A stretch of DNA of 49,187 bases from an uncultured Methanosarcinales archaeon (GTDB lineage Archaea; Nanobdellota; Nanobdellia; Woesearchaeales; JAGLXL01): positions 1-49,187 of the forward strand of contig CAYYLB010000002.1 of NCBI GenBank assembly GCA_964472345.1. The letters run 5' to 3'. The position numbers and the translations under genes were made by a program. Under the pieces are notes generated by a model. It saw only the letters and a list, made by a program, of their open reading frames with translations, searched no databases and was not told the DNA's origin. Below, in pieces: positions 35,098-44,698 of this stretch; within the stretch, counting starts at the first letter, position 1, and every line of letters starts with the position of its first letter.

Positions 35098-37422
35098 GTG
35101 CTGCAGGTGACTAGCGTGCGCTCGATCGTCTGGTTCAAGGAGCTACACAAGGATTCTGTCGGTGTTGCCGGCGGGAAGGGCGCGAACCTCGGCGAGATGT
35201 GGAACGCACGGTTTCCCATCCCGCCGGGATTTGCCATAACCGCACAGGCGTATGGCTCATTCATCGAGCAGGCGCGCATCAAAGGCAAGATCCTTGCGCT
35301 GCTGCGGGGGCTTGATGTCGAGGACACGGCGAAGCTGCAGCGGGCTGCGGAGCAGATCCAGAAGCTGATCACTGATTCTCCAGTTCCCGAAAACCTGCAG
35401 GAGGAGATTGCGGATGCGTACGCGGTGCTCGGCGCGGGCCAGAGGACGCAGGCGCAACAGATTGTCAAAGGAGCGGAAGAATTTGTCGCAGTGAGGAGCA
35501 GCGCGACGGCTGAGGATCTGCCTGAGGCGAGCTTCGCGGGGCAGCAGGCAACGCTCCTGAACGTGCGCGGAGCGAAGGCGGTAATCGACGCGGTGCGGGA
35601 ATGCTGGGCGTCGCTGTTCACGGCGCGGGCGATCTATTACCGGCAGAAGAATGATTTCCCCCATGAGAAGGTCCTGATTGCGGTCATCGTGCAGAAGATG
35701 GTGAACAGCGCGAAATCGGGCGTCCTGTTCACCATCAACCCCGCGACCAACGATGAGCAGGAAATCATCATTGAAGGGGCTTTCGGCCTCGGCGAAGCGG
35801 TCGTTTCGGGCATGGTGAGCCCTGACCTCTATGCTGTCGACAAGAGGACGCTGCGGATAACCAAAGTGGAGAAAAAAGAGCAGAAGTTCAAAATCGTGCG
35901 CGATCCTGCGACGGGAAGCAATGTGCACGTGGCGCTCGATGCGAGCGAGGAAAAGCTGCAGGTGCTTTCTGACAAGGAGATCCTGGAGCTGGCGCGCCAA
36001 GGGAAGAAGCTTGAGGAGCATTATCAGCACCCGCAGGATGTGGAGTGGGCGATAGAGGGAGGAAATGTCTTCATCGTCCAGACGCGCGCGGTGACGACGC
36101 TGAAGCGGAAAACGGAAGAGCGCGGGGAAGTGCCGGAAGGGAAGGTGCTGCTGCGCGGGGAGACGGCAAGCAAAGGGGTTGCTGCCGGGCCAGTGAGAGT
36201 GATCCTTGACGCGCGGGAGCTTGACAAGGTGAGGCAGGGCGATGTCCTTGTCACGACGATGACCAACCCGGACATGGTCCCGGCGATGAAGAAAGCAGCT
36301 GCCGTGGTCACGGACGAAGGCGGGATGACAAGCCATGCGGCAATCGTCTCACGGGAGATGGGGATCCCCTGCATCGTCGGAACGGGGCGTGCGACGGAAG
36401 AGCTTCGTGACGGGCAGGTTGTCACCGTTGATGCGGCGCGCGGCGCGGTGTATGAGGGTGAGGTCCACGCCAAAGAAGAGGCAACGAAGGGAAGCATCGG
36501 GGCGGTCGGAAGCGCTGAAGAGCCGGTCACCGCAACGCAGGTCAAAGTAATCCTTGATTTTCCTGATCGCGCGCAGGAGGTCGCGCAGCAGACGCAGGCG
36601 GAAGGCGTCGGCCTGCTGCGGCTGGAGTTCATCATCGCGGGTGGGGGGAAGCATCCAGCGCAGTACCTCCGCGAGAAGAACGATGAGGCATACGTGCAGC
36701 TGCTCGTGACGGAAGTGGCGAAGGTCGCTGCGGCATTCAAAGGCAAGCCAGTGTGGGTGCGGTGCTCGGACCTGCGCAGCGATGAGTACCGGAACCTGAA
36801 AGGCGGAGAGCAGGAGCCTCGGGAGACGGATCCCATGATCGGGTGGCACGGAATCCGGCGGCTGCTGGACGAGCCGCGCATGCTGAAGGCAGAGTTCCTC
36901 GCGGTAAAGCAGCTGCACGAGCAGGGCTTTGCGAACGTCGGCATCATGCTGCCGTTCGTGATCAGCGCGGAGGAAGTCAGGAAAGCGAAAGCTTATTTAG
37001 GCGAGACCGGACTGGAGCCTGGAAAGGATGTTGCGTTCGGCGTGATGATCGAGACGCCGGCAGCGTGCTGGGTGATTGAGGATATCTGCAAGGAAGGGAT
37101 TGATTTTGTCTCTTTCGGCACGAACGACCTGACGCAGCTGACGCTGGGCATTGACCGCAACAATGGACGGATCCAGAAGCAGTTTGACGAGATGCATCCC
37201 GCCGTGCTTGGAGAGATGGCAAAGGTGATCCAGACCTGCAAAAAGCATGGGGTCGAAACATCAATCTGCGGGCAGGCAGCGTCGCGGCCGGAGATGGCCG
37301 CTTTCCTCGTGCGGCAGGGGATCGACAGCGTGTCGCCCAACCCGGACGCAGTGCATGAGATCCGGCACGTGATTGCGCGCGAGGAGAAGAAGGTGCTGCT
37401 GGAGAGGGGGAGGAGGACATGA
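35098..37422 (+). CDS. ppsA: phosphoenolpyruvate synthase (start may be GTG at 35107 or 35116)
   Basis: GGKGANLGEM, VAVRSSATAEDLPEASFAGQQ, GGMTSHAAIVSRE, GVGLLRLE, SFGTNDLTQ, SICGQ. Confidence 0.97.
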   Translation: MLQVTSVRSIVWFKELHKDSVGVAGGKGANLGEMWNARFPIPPGFAITAQAYGSFIEQARIKGKILALLRGLDVEDTAKLQRAAEQIQKLITDSPVPENLQEEIADAYAVLGAGQRTQAQQIVKGAEEFVAVRSSATAEDLPEASFAGQQATLLNVRGAKAVIDAVRECWASLFTARAIYYRQKNDFPHEKVLIAVIVQKMVNSAKSGVLFTINPATNDEQEIIIEGAFGLGEAVVSGMVSPDLYAVDKRTLRITKVEKKEQKFKIVRDPATGSNVHVALDASEEKLQVLSDKEILELARQGKKLEEHYQHPQDVEWAIEGGNVFIVQTRAVTTLKRKTEERGEVPEGKVLLRGETASKGVAAGPVRVILDARELDKVRQGDVLVTTMTNPDMVPAMKKAAAVVTDEGGMTSHAAIVSREMGIPCIVGTGRATEELRDGQVVTVDAARGAVYEGEVHAKEEATKGSIGAVGSAEEPVTATQVKVILDFPDRAQEVAQQTQAEGVGLLRLEFIIAGGGKHPAQYLREKNDEAYVQLLVTEVAKVAAAFKGKPVWVRCSDLRSDEYRNLKGGEQEPRETDPMIGWHGIRRLLDEPRMLKAEFLAVKQLHEQGFANVGIMLPFVISAEEVRKAKAYLGETGLEPGKDVAFGVMIETPAACWVIEDICKEGIDFVSFGTNDLTQLTLGIDRNNGRIQKQFDEMHPAVLGEMAKVIQTCKKHGVETSICGQAASRPEMAAFLVRQGIDSVSPNPDAVHEIRHVIAREEKKVLLERGRRT

Positions 37423-37465
37423 GGGGGCCGGCTGCAAGAGGCTGCCCAGTGATTTCTGCTGCACG

Positions 37466-37897
37466 ATGCGAACACTGCTAGTCGCTTCCATCATCGCGCT
37501 TCTCGCCATTCTGGCGTGCGCGCCGCCGGCTGCCGATACTGTCTGCATCGAAGCCGCGTGCTTCTCCGTCGAAGTTGTTTCAGCGCCTGCGGAGCGTGCG
37601 CGCGGGCTGATGTTCCGCGAGTCGCTTGCTCCTGACACAGGGATGCTGTTTGTTTTTGAGCAGGAAGGAGTGTACCCGTTCTGGATGAAGAATACGCTCG
37701 TCCCGCTGGACATCATCTGGATCAATGCGGAGCGGGAAATCGTGTTCATCAGCGAAGAGACGCCACCGTGCGAAGCGGATCCCTGCCCACGATACAACCC
37801 CGGTGCTGCGGCACGGTACGTGCTCGAGGTGAACGCCGGAGCGGCAGAACAGGAAGGGATTGAGGTTGGAGATACCGCGCGGTTTACGCTTTCGTAA
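37466..37897 (+). CDS. DUF192 family lipoprotein
   Basis: RARGLMFRESL..GMLFVF..FWMKNTLVPLDIIWI..YVLEVNAG. Confidence 0.92.
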   Translation: MRTLLVASIIALLAILACAPPAADTVCIEAACFSVEVVSAPAERARGLMFRESLAPDTGMLFVFEQEGVYPFWMKNTLVPLDIIWINAEREIVFISEETPPCEADPCPRYNPGAAARYVLEVNAGAAEQEGIEVGDTARFTLS

Positions 37898-37980
37898 GGG
37901 GGTTGGAGCGGGATACCCCGCAGTTTATACTTTCATAACACCAAGCAGTAGCACCACCCTTCGTAACATCCACTGCACCA

Positions 37981-38775
37981 CTACTCTCGTTTTTTCAGCA
38001 GATGCTCAAGACCGCCGATTTTTTTCTTCTCGATGAGAACAAGATACAGGAGCGTATAGTAGGTTGTTGTTGTGTAACTGGTGAGGACCAGGAGGAAGAC
38101 GATCCACACGACGAGAACTGCAACAAACGCAGCCGTGCCGAAGATGAATAAGACGAACTGGTCAAGAAAAACAACAGCAAATGTCGCTATGAGAACCAGC
38201 GGCCCCATTCCAATATCATACGCGAGGGCCTCTGGAATGACTTTGATGCTCTCCTTGAGCTGCTTGACGGCCTGAAAGAAGCTGCGTTCGGTGACAATCA
38301 TCGCCGGCAGCACCAGCTGTTTCGCAACGCCAGTGACGAACTCGATGCCGCTGGCGGCGGCTCTCCCTGCAAACCCGCGCCGCCGCAGCCGTGACGCCAC
38401 CAGTACAATCACCACCGATGCGACAGCAAAGAGGACGATGTCAACCGCATTTGCCGCGGCCCGCCGTAATCCAGATGCAACCGTCGCATCCTTGCCCTGC
38501 GCAACTTCATGAACCATCCAGACCTGAATCGAGGAAAGCAGTGTTGTCCAGAGGTATACAATAAAAAGGAACAGGACAATGAGGAAAGATTGATGCACCG
38601 ACGAGAGGGCATTGATATCAAAAGAGAAGTACGCCCAGAAGAGAATGGCAAGAAGCACCAGGCCGCTGAGCAGCTGCACGAGCGGGATGATGGCCAGACT
38701 CTTGTCTTTCTTGAGCAACGCAAAGCTCTGCTTGAAGATACTCCACGCGTTTGCCAGACGTTTCCCAAGGCCCAT
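37981..38775 (-). CDS. membrane protein (DUF6159-like)
   Basis: KQSFALLKKDKSL, multiple TMs, VLPAMIVTE..AVK. Confidence 0.7.
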   Translation of the reverse strand: MGLGKRLANAWSIFKQSFALLKKDKSLAIIPLVQLLSGLVLLAILFWAYFSFDINALSSVHQSFLIVLFLFIVYLWTTLLSSIQVWMVHEVAQGKDATVASGLRRAAANAVDIVLFAVASVVIVLVASRLRRRGFAGRAAASGIEFVTGVAKQLVLPAMIVTERSFFQAVKQLKESIKVIPEALAYDIGMGPLVLIATFAVVFLDQFVLFIFGTAAFVAVLVVWIVFLLVLTSYTTTTYYTLLYLVLIEKKKIGGLEHLLKKRE

Positions 38776-38871
38776 CTGCGGGGGAATGTGCCATTGAAAT
38801 TTAAAGCTTTTGTAGCCCCGCTCGATTCTCGGACACCAGCCAACTGAACGCCCGTTTGGCCACCCACATTT

Positions 38872-39630
38872 TTACCGGAGCCGTAGCACCACAATCTTCT
38901 TGCTCAGACTGTGATGCAGGTAGTAGGTGAATTCCTGCCGGAGCGTGAGTTTCGCCTTCGTGATGAGGTTGCGGTGGTCGCAGGTGCTGGGGAAGCCGAT
39001 GACAGAGGCTGGAATGCGGTTGCGCCTGATGTTGCGCAGAAACGCGAGATAGAGCGAGTCCTGATCAGATGTCAGCACCGTGTTTTTTCCGTAGGGGAGG
39101 TCGGTGACGATGGCCTCGTATGTCCCTGCAAATGATGTTGCATCCTGCTGTTGGAGCTTTACATCCCTAAGATGGAACGAGTCGAGATTTCTCCGTGCAC
39201 GCTGCAGCATCGCCGCGTCGATGTCGAATCCCGTCGCCCGCAGGCTGCAGAGCGCCGCCTCGATCAGGATGCCGCCTGCTCCACAAAAGGGGTCGAGGAT
39301 TTCATGCTTCGCGCGGCTGAGGTTGAGCATCGCTCTCGCAATGCGGGGATGCGTCATGGCGGGATGCGGCGCGGGAAGCAGGTGGGCGCGGCGCTGCTGG
39401 AAGGCATTCTCCTTGGTGAGATTGGTGATGAGTTCCTTGCTGGTGATGCGGCTTCCGCTCCGGGTGACGGTGTAGATGCGCCGGGTAAATGCAAGGCGCC
39501 TCAGCTGAGCAATGTCGCCGGTTTCAGGCAGGAAGAAGCGGCCGATCGCTGAGCCGGAACGACCGGTCAGTGCTGCAATCTCCGCTTCCGCGAGCCTGCG
39601 CTGCCCTTGGTGGAGAAGGAGGCCGATCAT
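38872..39630 (-). CDS. Trm11/TrmG10-like tRNA m2G methyltransferase
   Basis: HPAMTHPRIARAMLNL, ILDPFCGAGGILIEA, IVTDLPYGK, HHSLSK; short N-terminus. Confidence 0.85.
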   Translation of the reverse strand: MIGLLLHQGQRRLAEAEIAALTGRSGSAIGRFFLPETGDIAQLRRLAFTRRIYTVTRSGSRITSKELITNLTKENAFQQRRAHLLPAPHPAMTHPRIARAMLNLSRAKHEILDPFCGAGGILIEAALCSLRATGFDIDAAMLQRARRNLDSFHLRDVKLQQQDATSFAGTYEAIVTDLPYGKNTVLTSDQDSLYLAFLRNIRRNRIPASVIGFPSTCDHRNLITKAKLTLRQEFTYYLHHSLSKKIVVLRLR

Positions 39631-40751
39631 GCTCGCGTGAACACCTGGATGCCCAGTTGTGCGCTGCCGCGGGTGATGGTGCGCTGCTGCTGGAGACGGA
39701 AGCCGGCATCGTGTGCGGGCATGGGCAGGAGCGCGGCTGACGCAACCAGCAAGGCGCCGCTGTCCGCGAGAATCTCCCTCGCCTGCGTGAAGAGCTCTGG
39801 CAGCTGCTTCGCTTCCTGCTTTGTCGCGTAGGCGATAACGATGTCGACCTGCCCCGGGCCATAGGTAACGTCGAGCCATCCGATGTCGAGGCGAGAGAAG
39901 TCGATCAGCCTGTGCACGGCAGCAATCTTGGCGTTCTTCTTGCCGGCTGCGACGTGGCGCATATCCGCGTGCGTGCCCCTGATCCTCGGCTTGGCGTTGG
40001 TTGCGAGGCTGTCGAGCGCATCATAGCATGCCTGCCTGTCGAGCAGCCCGAACTGCGGCAGCTTCCAGCAGAGAAATGCGTCCTTGCGGAAGAAATGCGG
40101 GGAGCGCTGGGCGGCGAAAAGGGCGGCTTCAACCTCAACCATGCCACTCTTGCTGAAGCAGGTGAGAAGCATCTTCTCCTTCGTGTAGCGGGCGAGGCGG
40201 AGCAGCGCGTAGGCAATGGTGCCTTTCAGGGCCGCGGGGTGGGAGAATACCTTGTACTCACGCCTGCTCAGGTCGAAGCCGGCGATGTCGATGCCGACCG
40301 CGAGCGAGTCATCGTGCACAGAGAGAAAGAGCTGCACATCGGGGGAATGGAAGGTGAGCGTGACGGGAATCTGCTGCTTTTCGAGGAGCGCGCGCAGCGT
40401 TGCACCCGCATGCCTTGCGAGATCAGCGCTGGTGAACGCGTGAGTGCCAAGCCGCTCGCAGGCGACGGCAACGGCTGCCTGCGGCGGGATGAAGGACGGC
40501 AGAGCTGCTGCGGCGAGGATGGCAGTGAGCGCGGCAACGCAGTCTTCTGTTGCCGCGGTGCCGAGCAGGAGCAGGACACGGCGCAGCGACTGGGCACGGT
40601 AGGCAAGCGCCAGCAGATCCTCAATGCGGGGAACAGAAAAGCGCACCATGCCGGGGGATTGCTCCGCTGCAATGCCAAGCAGCTCGTGAATCTCTGCTAC
40701 TGCGACGTCCTCGAAGCCCCGCTCGCAGAGCGCTGCGCCGTCATGCGCCAT
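39627..40751 (-). CDS. THUMP-domain Trm14/RlmL-like methyltransferase homolog with degenerate catalytic motifs
   Basis: [41 protein letters not shown]; motif I reads TCFSKSG, motif IV reads IAYAT. Confidence 0.75.
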   Translation of the reverse strand: MAHDGAALCERGFEDVAVAEIHELLGIAAEQSPGMVRFSVPRIEDLLALAYRAQSLRRVLLLLGTAATEDCVAALTAILAAAALPSFIPPQAAVAVACERLGTHAFTSADLARHAGATLRALLEKQQIPVTLTFHSPDVQLFLSVHDDSLAVGIDIAGFDLSRREYKVFSHPAALKGTIAYALLRLARYTKEKMLLTCFSKSGMVEVEAALFAAQRSPHFFRKDAFLCWKLPQFGLLDRQACYDALDSLATNAKPRIRGTHADMRHVAAGKKNAKIAAVHRLIDFSRLDIGWLDVTYGPGQVDIVIAYATKQEAKQLPELFTQAREILADSGALLVASAALLPMPAHDAGFRLQQQRTITRGSAQLGIQVFTRA

Positions 40752-43161
40752 TCTGGACGAGGCGCTCCACGGCGATGAGCTCGTCGCCCTCCTCAAGCTT
40801 CATGATGCGGACGCCCTGCGTTGCACGGCCGATAAGGGAGATGCCCTTTGAAGGGATTCGGATGGCGGCACCTTGCTTGGAGAGGAACATCAGCTCACTG
40901 TCGCCGGTCACGGCCTTGACGCCGGCGACCTTGCCGGTCTTTTCCGTCAATGTGATGTTTGTCACACCTTTCCCGCCGCGGGTGATGAGGCGATATTCCG
41001 CAAGCGGGGTGCGTTTCCCGTAGCCGCGCGTCGTGGCGGTCAGCAGCGTCTTCTGCTCGTCGGCAATCTCCATGGAAACCACCCCATCATCCTGCCCGAG
41101 GGTGATGCCACGGACGCCGCCTGCCGCGCGGCCCATGGCGCGCACATCCTCTTCACGGAAGCGGATTGCGAGGCCATTGCGCGTCGCGAGGATGATCTGC
41201 CGGGTGCCATCGGTGAGCTGCGCGCCAATAAGCTCGTCGCCTGCATCGAGCGTCATGGCCCGGATGCCGCCGCGGCGCGGCCTGCTGAAGGCTGCAAGAG
41301 GCGTCTTCTTCACGACGCCGCGCCCGGTGGCAAAGAAGATTGATGCTGCAGCATCGAACGTGCGGATAGGGACGCATGCCGTGATCTTCTCGGCCTCGGC
41401 AAGGGAAAGCAGGTTGACGACGGGGCGGCCGCGGGCCGTGCGCCCCGCTTCAGGGATCTCAAAGACCTTGAGCCAGTGGACCTGGCCGAGATTGGTGAAG
41501 AAAAGGATTTGGCTGTGGGCGCGTGCGACGAACAGGGATTCGATCCAGTCTTCATCCTTTGAGGTTGCGGCAGTGATGCCTTTGCCGCCGCGGCGCTGCT
41601 GGCGGTATGCATCCAAGCTGATGCGCTTGATGTAGCCGGCGCGGCTCATGGTGACGACCATGTCCTTGTCCTCGATCAGCTCTTCGACGTCAACCGCCTC
41701 TTCGCCGGGGAGCAGGCGGGTGCGGCGGGCGTCACCGAACTCGTCCGCGAGCGCAATCGTCTCCTGCCTGATAATATCAAAAATTCTCTGCTCGGATGCG
41801 AGAATGGCGCGCAGGCCTTCAATCTGCACAAGGAGCTGGCCGTGCTCCGTGCGGATGGCCTGCTGCTCGAGGCTCGCGAGCTTCTGCAGCCTCATCTCAA
41901 GGACCGCTTTCGCCTGCACCTCTGTCAGCTGGTAGGTCCCCCGCAGGAAGCGCTGCGCATCCTCCACCGCCTTGCTTGCGCGGATGCCTGCCACGACCGC
42001 GTCGATGTGGTCAAGGGCGATGAGCAGGCCGGCAAGGATATGGGCGCGCTCCTCCGCCTTGGCGAGCTCGAACTGCGTGCGCTTCCGGATGACATCGCGG
42101 CGATGATCAATGAAATGCTGCAGCAGCGCCTTGAGCGTGAGGAGCCTGGGCTCGTTATCGACCAGCGCAAGAAAGATGATGCCGAAGGTGGTCCGCATCC
42201 GCGAATACTGGTAGAGCTGGTTCAACACGACGGTGCTATCCACCCCCGACTTGAGCTCGATCACGACGCGGATGCCGTCACTGTCGCTTTCATCCCGGAT
42301 GTTGCGGATGCCGTCAATCTTCTTCTCACGCACAAGGTCAGCCATCTCCTCAATCATCTGCGACTTGTTGAGCATGTAGGGGATTTCCGTGACGATGATG
42401 CGGCCCTCTTCCGCGGTCGCGACCGCCTTGACGGTGAGCTTGCCGTGGCCGGTCTTGTAGGCCTGCTCGATGCCGGAGCTGCCGGCAATCACCGCGCCCG
42501 TGGGAAAATCCGGTCCTGGAAGCACCGCCATGAGCTGGTTGATGTCGGCAGCGGGGTTTTCGATCAGCATGAGCATGGCGGCACATACCTCGCGGAGATT
42601 GTGGGGCGGAATGTTGGTGGTCATGCCAACGGCGATGCCTGAGCTGCCGTTGATGAGCAGATTGGGAACCTTGCTGGGCAGCACTGCGGGCTCCTTGAGC
42701 GAGCTGTCATAATTAGGAACGAAGAGAACCGTCTCCTTGTCGAGGTCCTGCAGCAGCTCCCCGGCAAGCTTCTTGAGGCGCGCTTCCGTGTACCTCATGG
42801 CTGCAGGGTTGTCGCCGTCGATCGAGCCCCAGTTGCCCTGGCCGTCGATCAATGGGTAGCGCAGCGAGAAATCCTGCGCCATGCGCGCGAGCGCGTCATA
42901 GACCGCAAGGTCGCCGTGCGGATGCGTCTCGGCAAGCACCTTCCCCACGATGTGCGCGGATTTCTTGAATGGCTTGTTGTGGAGCAGGCCGCTGTCGTGC
43001 ATCGCGTACAAGATGCGCCGGTGCACCGGCTTGAGGCCGTCGCGGACGTCCGGCAGCGCGCGGCCGACGATGACTGACATGGCATAATCCACATAGGCCT
43101 GCTTCATCTCCTGCTCAATCACGCGGTGCACGATGCGTTCGGTGCCGGTTCCTTCAGCCAT
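40741..43161 (-). CDS. gyrA: DNA gyrase subunit A
   Basis: [36 protein letters not shown], GyrA-box QRRGGKG, pinwheel repeats. Confidence 0.98.
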   Translation of the reverse strand: MAEGTGTERIVHRVIEQEMKQAYVDYAMSVIVGRALPDVRDGLKPVHRRILYAMHDSGLLHNKPFKKSAHIVGKVLAETHPHGDLAVYDALARMAQDFSLRYPLIDGQGNWGSIDGDNPAAMRYTEARLKKLAGELLQDLDKETVLFVPNYDSSLKEPAVLPSKVPNLLINGSSGIAVGMTTNIPPHNLREVCAAMLMLIENPAADINQLMAVLPGPDFPTGAVIAGSSGIEQAYKTGHGKLTVKAVATAEEGRIIVTEIPYMLNKSQMIEEMADLVREKKIDGIRNIRDESDSDGIRVVIELKSGVDSTVVLNQLYQYSRMRTTFGIIFLALVDNEPRLLTLKALLQHFIDHRRDVIRKRTQFELAKAEERAHILAGLLIALDHIDAVVAGIRASKAVEDAQRFLRGTYQLTEVQAKAVLEMRLQKLASLEQQAIRTEHGQLLVQIEGLRAILASEQRIFDIIRQETIALADEFGDARRTRLLPGEEAVDVEELIEDKDMVVTMSRAGYIKRISLDAYRQQRRGGKGITAATSKDEDWIESLFVARAHSQILFFTNLGQVHWLKVFEIPEAGRTARGRPVVNLLSLAEAEKITACVPIRTFDAAASIFFATGRGVVKKTPLAAFSRPRRGGIRAMTLDAGDELIGAQLTDGTRQIILATRNGLAIRFREEDVRAMGRAAGGVRGITLGQDDGVVSMEIADEQKTLLTATTRGYGKRTPLAEYRLITRGGKGVTNITLTEKTGKVAGVKAVTGDSELMFLSKQGAAIRIPSKGISLIGRATQGVRIMKLEEGDELIAVERLVQNGA

Positions 43162-43277
43162 GGTTTTGGTGAGGAGAAAATGAGGTTATCCTCGGCAAAA
43201 AGGGTGTGGCTGACATTTATAATGGTTGTGATAGAAACCAAGCGTTATAGGCTCTTATGGGCCAGAATTTGAGGTTT

Positions 43278-44060
43278 TTAGGGGGTTGGTGCCTCATGCG
43301 GTGCTTCCGGCGGAGAAGCGGGCTTTTCCGTGTCATGGGGCGGCTGGGCGGCTTCTGCTGTTTCAGCGTGTTCCTGCTCATCAAGCTCGTCCGCAGCCTC
43401 TTCCGCGGCTTCTTCAACGCTCTTCTCCGGCTCGGGCTTTGCGGCGGCCTGCTGCGCCTGCTTCTGCCGCGCGCGCTCCGCGAGCTCCTTTTCCTGGTCG
43501 CTGATCTCCTGCTCTTTCTGCTCGATCTCCTTCTCAGTCTGCTCGACATCCCGCTGGATCTCCGCCGGGATAACCTTGCGAAAGGCTTCCTTGGCGTCCT
43601 TGCTCGGCAGATCGAAATACTCGAAGAACTTGTCCGTGAGCTTGATCCTATAGGTCCTGCCGGAGCGCTCTTTGGCGACAAACCCCCGATCCTCGAGCAG
43701 CTTCATATGGTCGTAGGCCTTGTTGTGGCGGATCCTGATGACATCAGCCTGCAGCACCGGATACTTCCAGGCGATCACGGCAAGCGTCTCCATCGTGCTC
43801 TTGTCGAGCTCGGTGCTCTCCACGAGACTGGTGACAAGCGGCAGGTACTTATCTTTCACGGAGAACTTCCAGAACCTGCCTTTCTCCTGCAGCATGAGGG
43901 CGTTGTTCAGGCTGCTGTTGTATTCCTGACGGAGTTCGGTGAGGATGGCGAGCGCCTGCTCAGGGCTTAGGCTGCACAAGCCTGCGATGTCCTCAATGGC
44001 AATGTCCCTGCCAACGGCAAAGAGCACCGCCTCAACCTTGTGATGGCTCTCGGTTCTCAT
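43278..44060 (-). CDS. scpB: SMC-Scp complex subunit ScpB
   Basis: VEAVLFA, ETLAVIAWKYP, IR..AYDHMKLL, TDKFFEYFDL; acidic tail. Confidence 0.92.
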   Translation of the reverse strand: MRTESHHKVEAVLFAVGRDIAIEDIAGLCSLSPEQALAILTELRQEYNSSLNNALMLQEKGRFWKFSVKDKYLPLVTSLVESTELDKSTMETLAVIAWKYPVLQADVIRIRHNKAYDHMKLLEDRGFVAKERSGRTYRIKLTDKFFEYFDLPSKDAKEAFRKVIPAEIQRDVEQTEKEIEQKEQEISDQEKELAERARQKQAQQAAAKPEPEKSVEEAAEEAADELDEQEHAETAEAAQPPHDTEKPASPPEAPHEAPTP

Positions 44061-44673
44061 CTTTGAGTGTGTAGAGCTCGCCTTCCATCAGCAGCCTGCC
44101 TTCGTCAATCAGGGTGTCGAGGAAATCCTCAAGGCTTGCCGCATCGACGCCCGTCAGGCTGCTGAGCTGCTGCGCGGTGAGCTTCTTCTTCGTGAGCAGC
44201 AACGTGACATAGTTACGGAGCAGGGATTTGGTGCTCTTGCGCAGGAAAAGCACCTCGGTCTTGAGCTGCTTGGCGAGCATGTCAAGCTGATGCAGGCGGG
44301 ACTGAAGGTCGTTGAAAAACTCCGTGAGGTCGTCGTTCTTATAGTGGATGCCTGCCGGCTCGACGATCTCGATGGAGGCAGGCATGTAGTCGAAGCAAAA
44401 ATAGGTCAGCGCCATGGGGGTGCGGACGAGCATGTCGAGCTCCGCAAATGTCGACCAGAGCTCCTGGATCATCCCCGGCTGGTCGGCTTTCGTGTCGAGC
44501 TTCTTGATGGCGGCGAGCTCGTCGTGGAGGACTTCAATGTCTTTCTCTTCCCTGATCTTCCCGATGTACTGCTTCATGGTCTGCTCGATGTGCTCCTTGG
44601 GCTTGCCGATCAGCTCAATCACGACGGTGCAGCGGAGCCAGCCTTCCGCGAGGCGCTGCTTGACATCTGCCAT
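44032..44673 (-). CDS. conserved archaeal hypothetical protein with C-terminal wHTH-like segment
   Basis: IELIGKPKEH, WSTFAELD, FDYMPASIEIVEP, NDL..RLH; overlaps scpB. Confidence 0.75.
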   Translation of the reverse strand: MADVKQRLAEGWLRCTVVIELIGKPKEHIEQTMKQYIGKIREEKDIEVLHDELAAIKKLDTKADQPGMIQELWSTFAELDMLVRTPMALTYFCFDYMPASIEIVEPAGIHYKNDDLTEFFNDLQSRLHQLDMLAKQLKTEVLFLRKSTKSLLRNYVTLLLTKKKLTAQQLSSLTGVDAASLEDFLDTLIDEGRLLMEGELYTLKDENREPSQG

Positions 44674-44698
44674 GCTGCTGCCCAAACGACCGCTGCTT

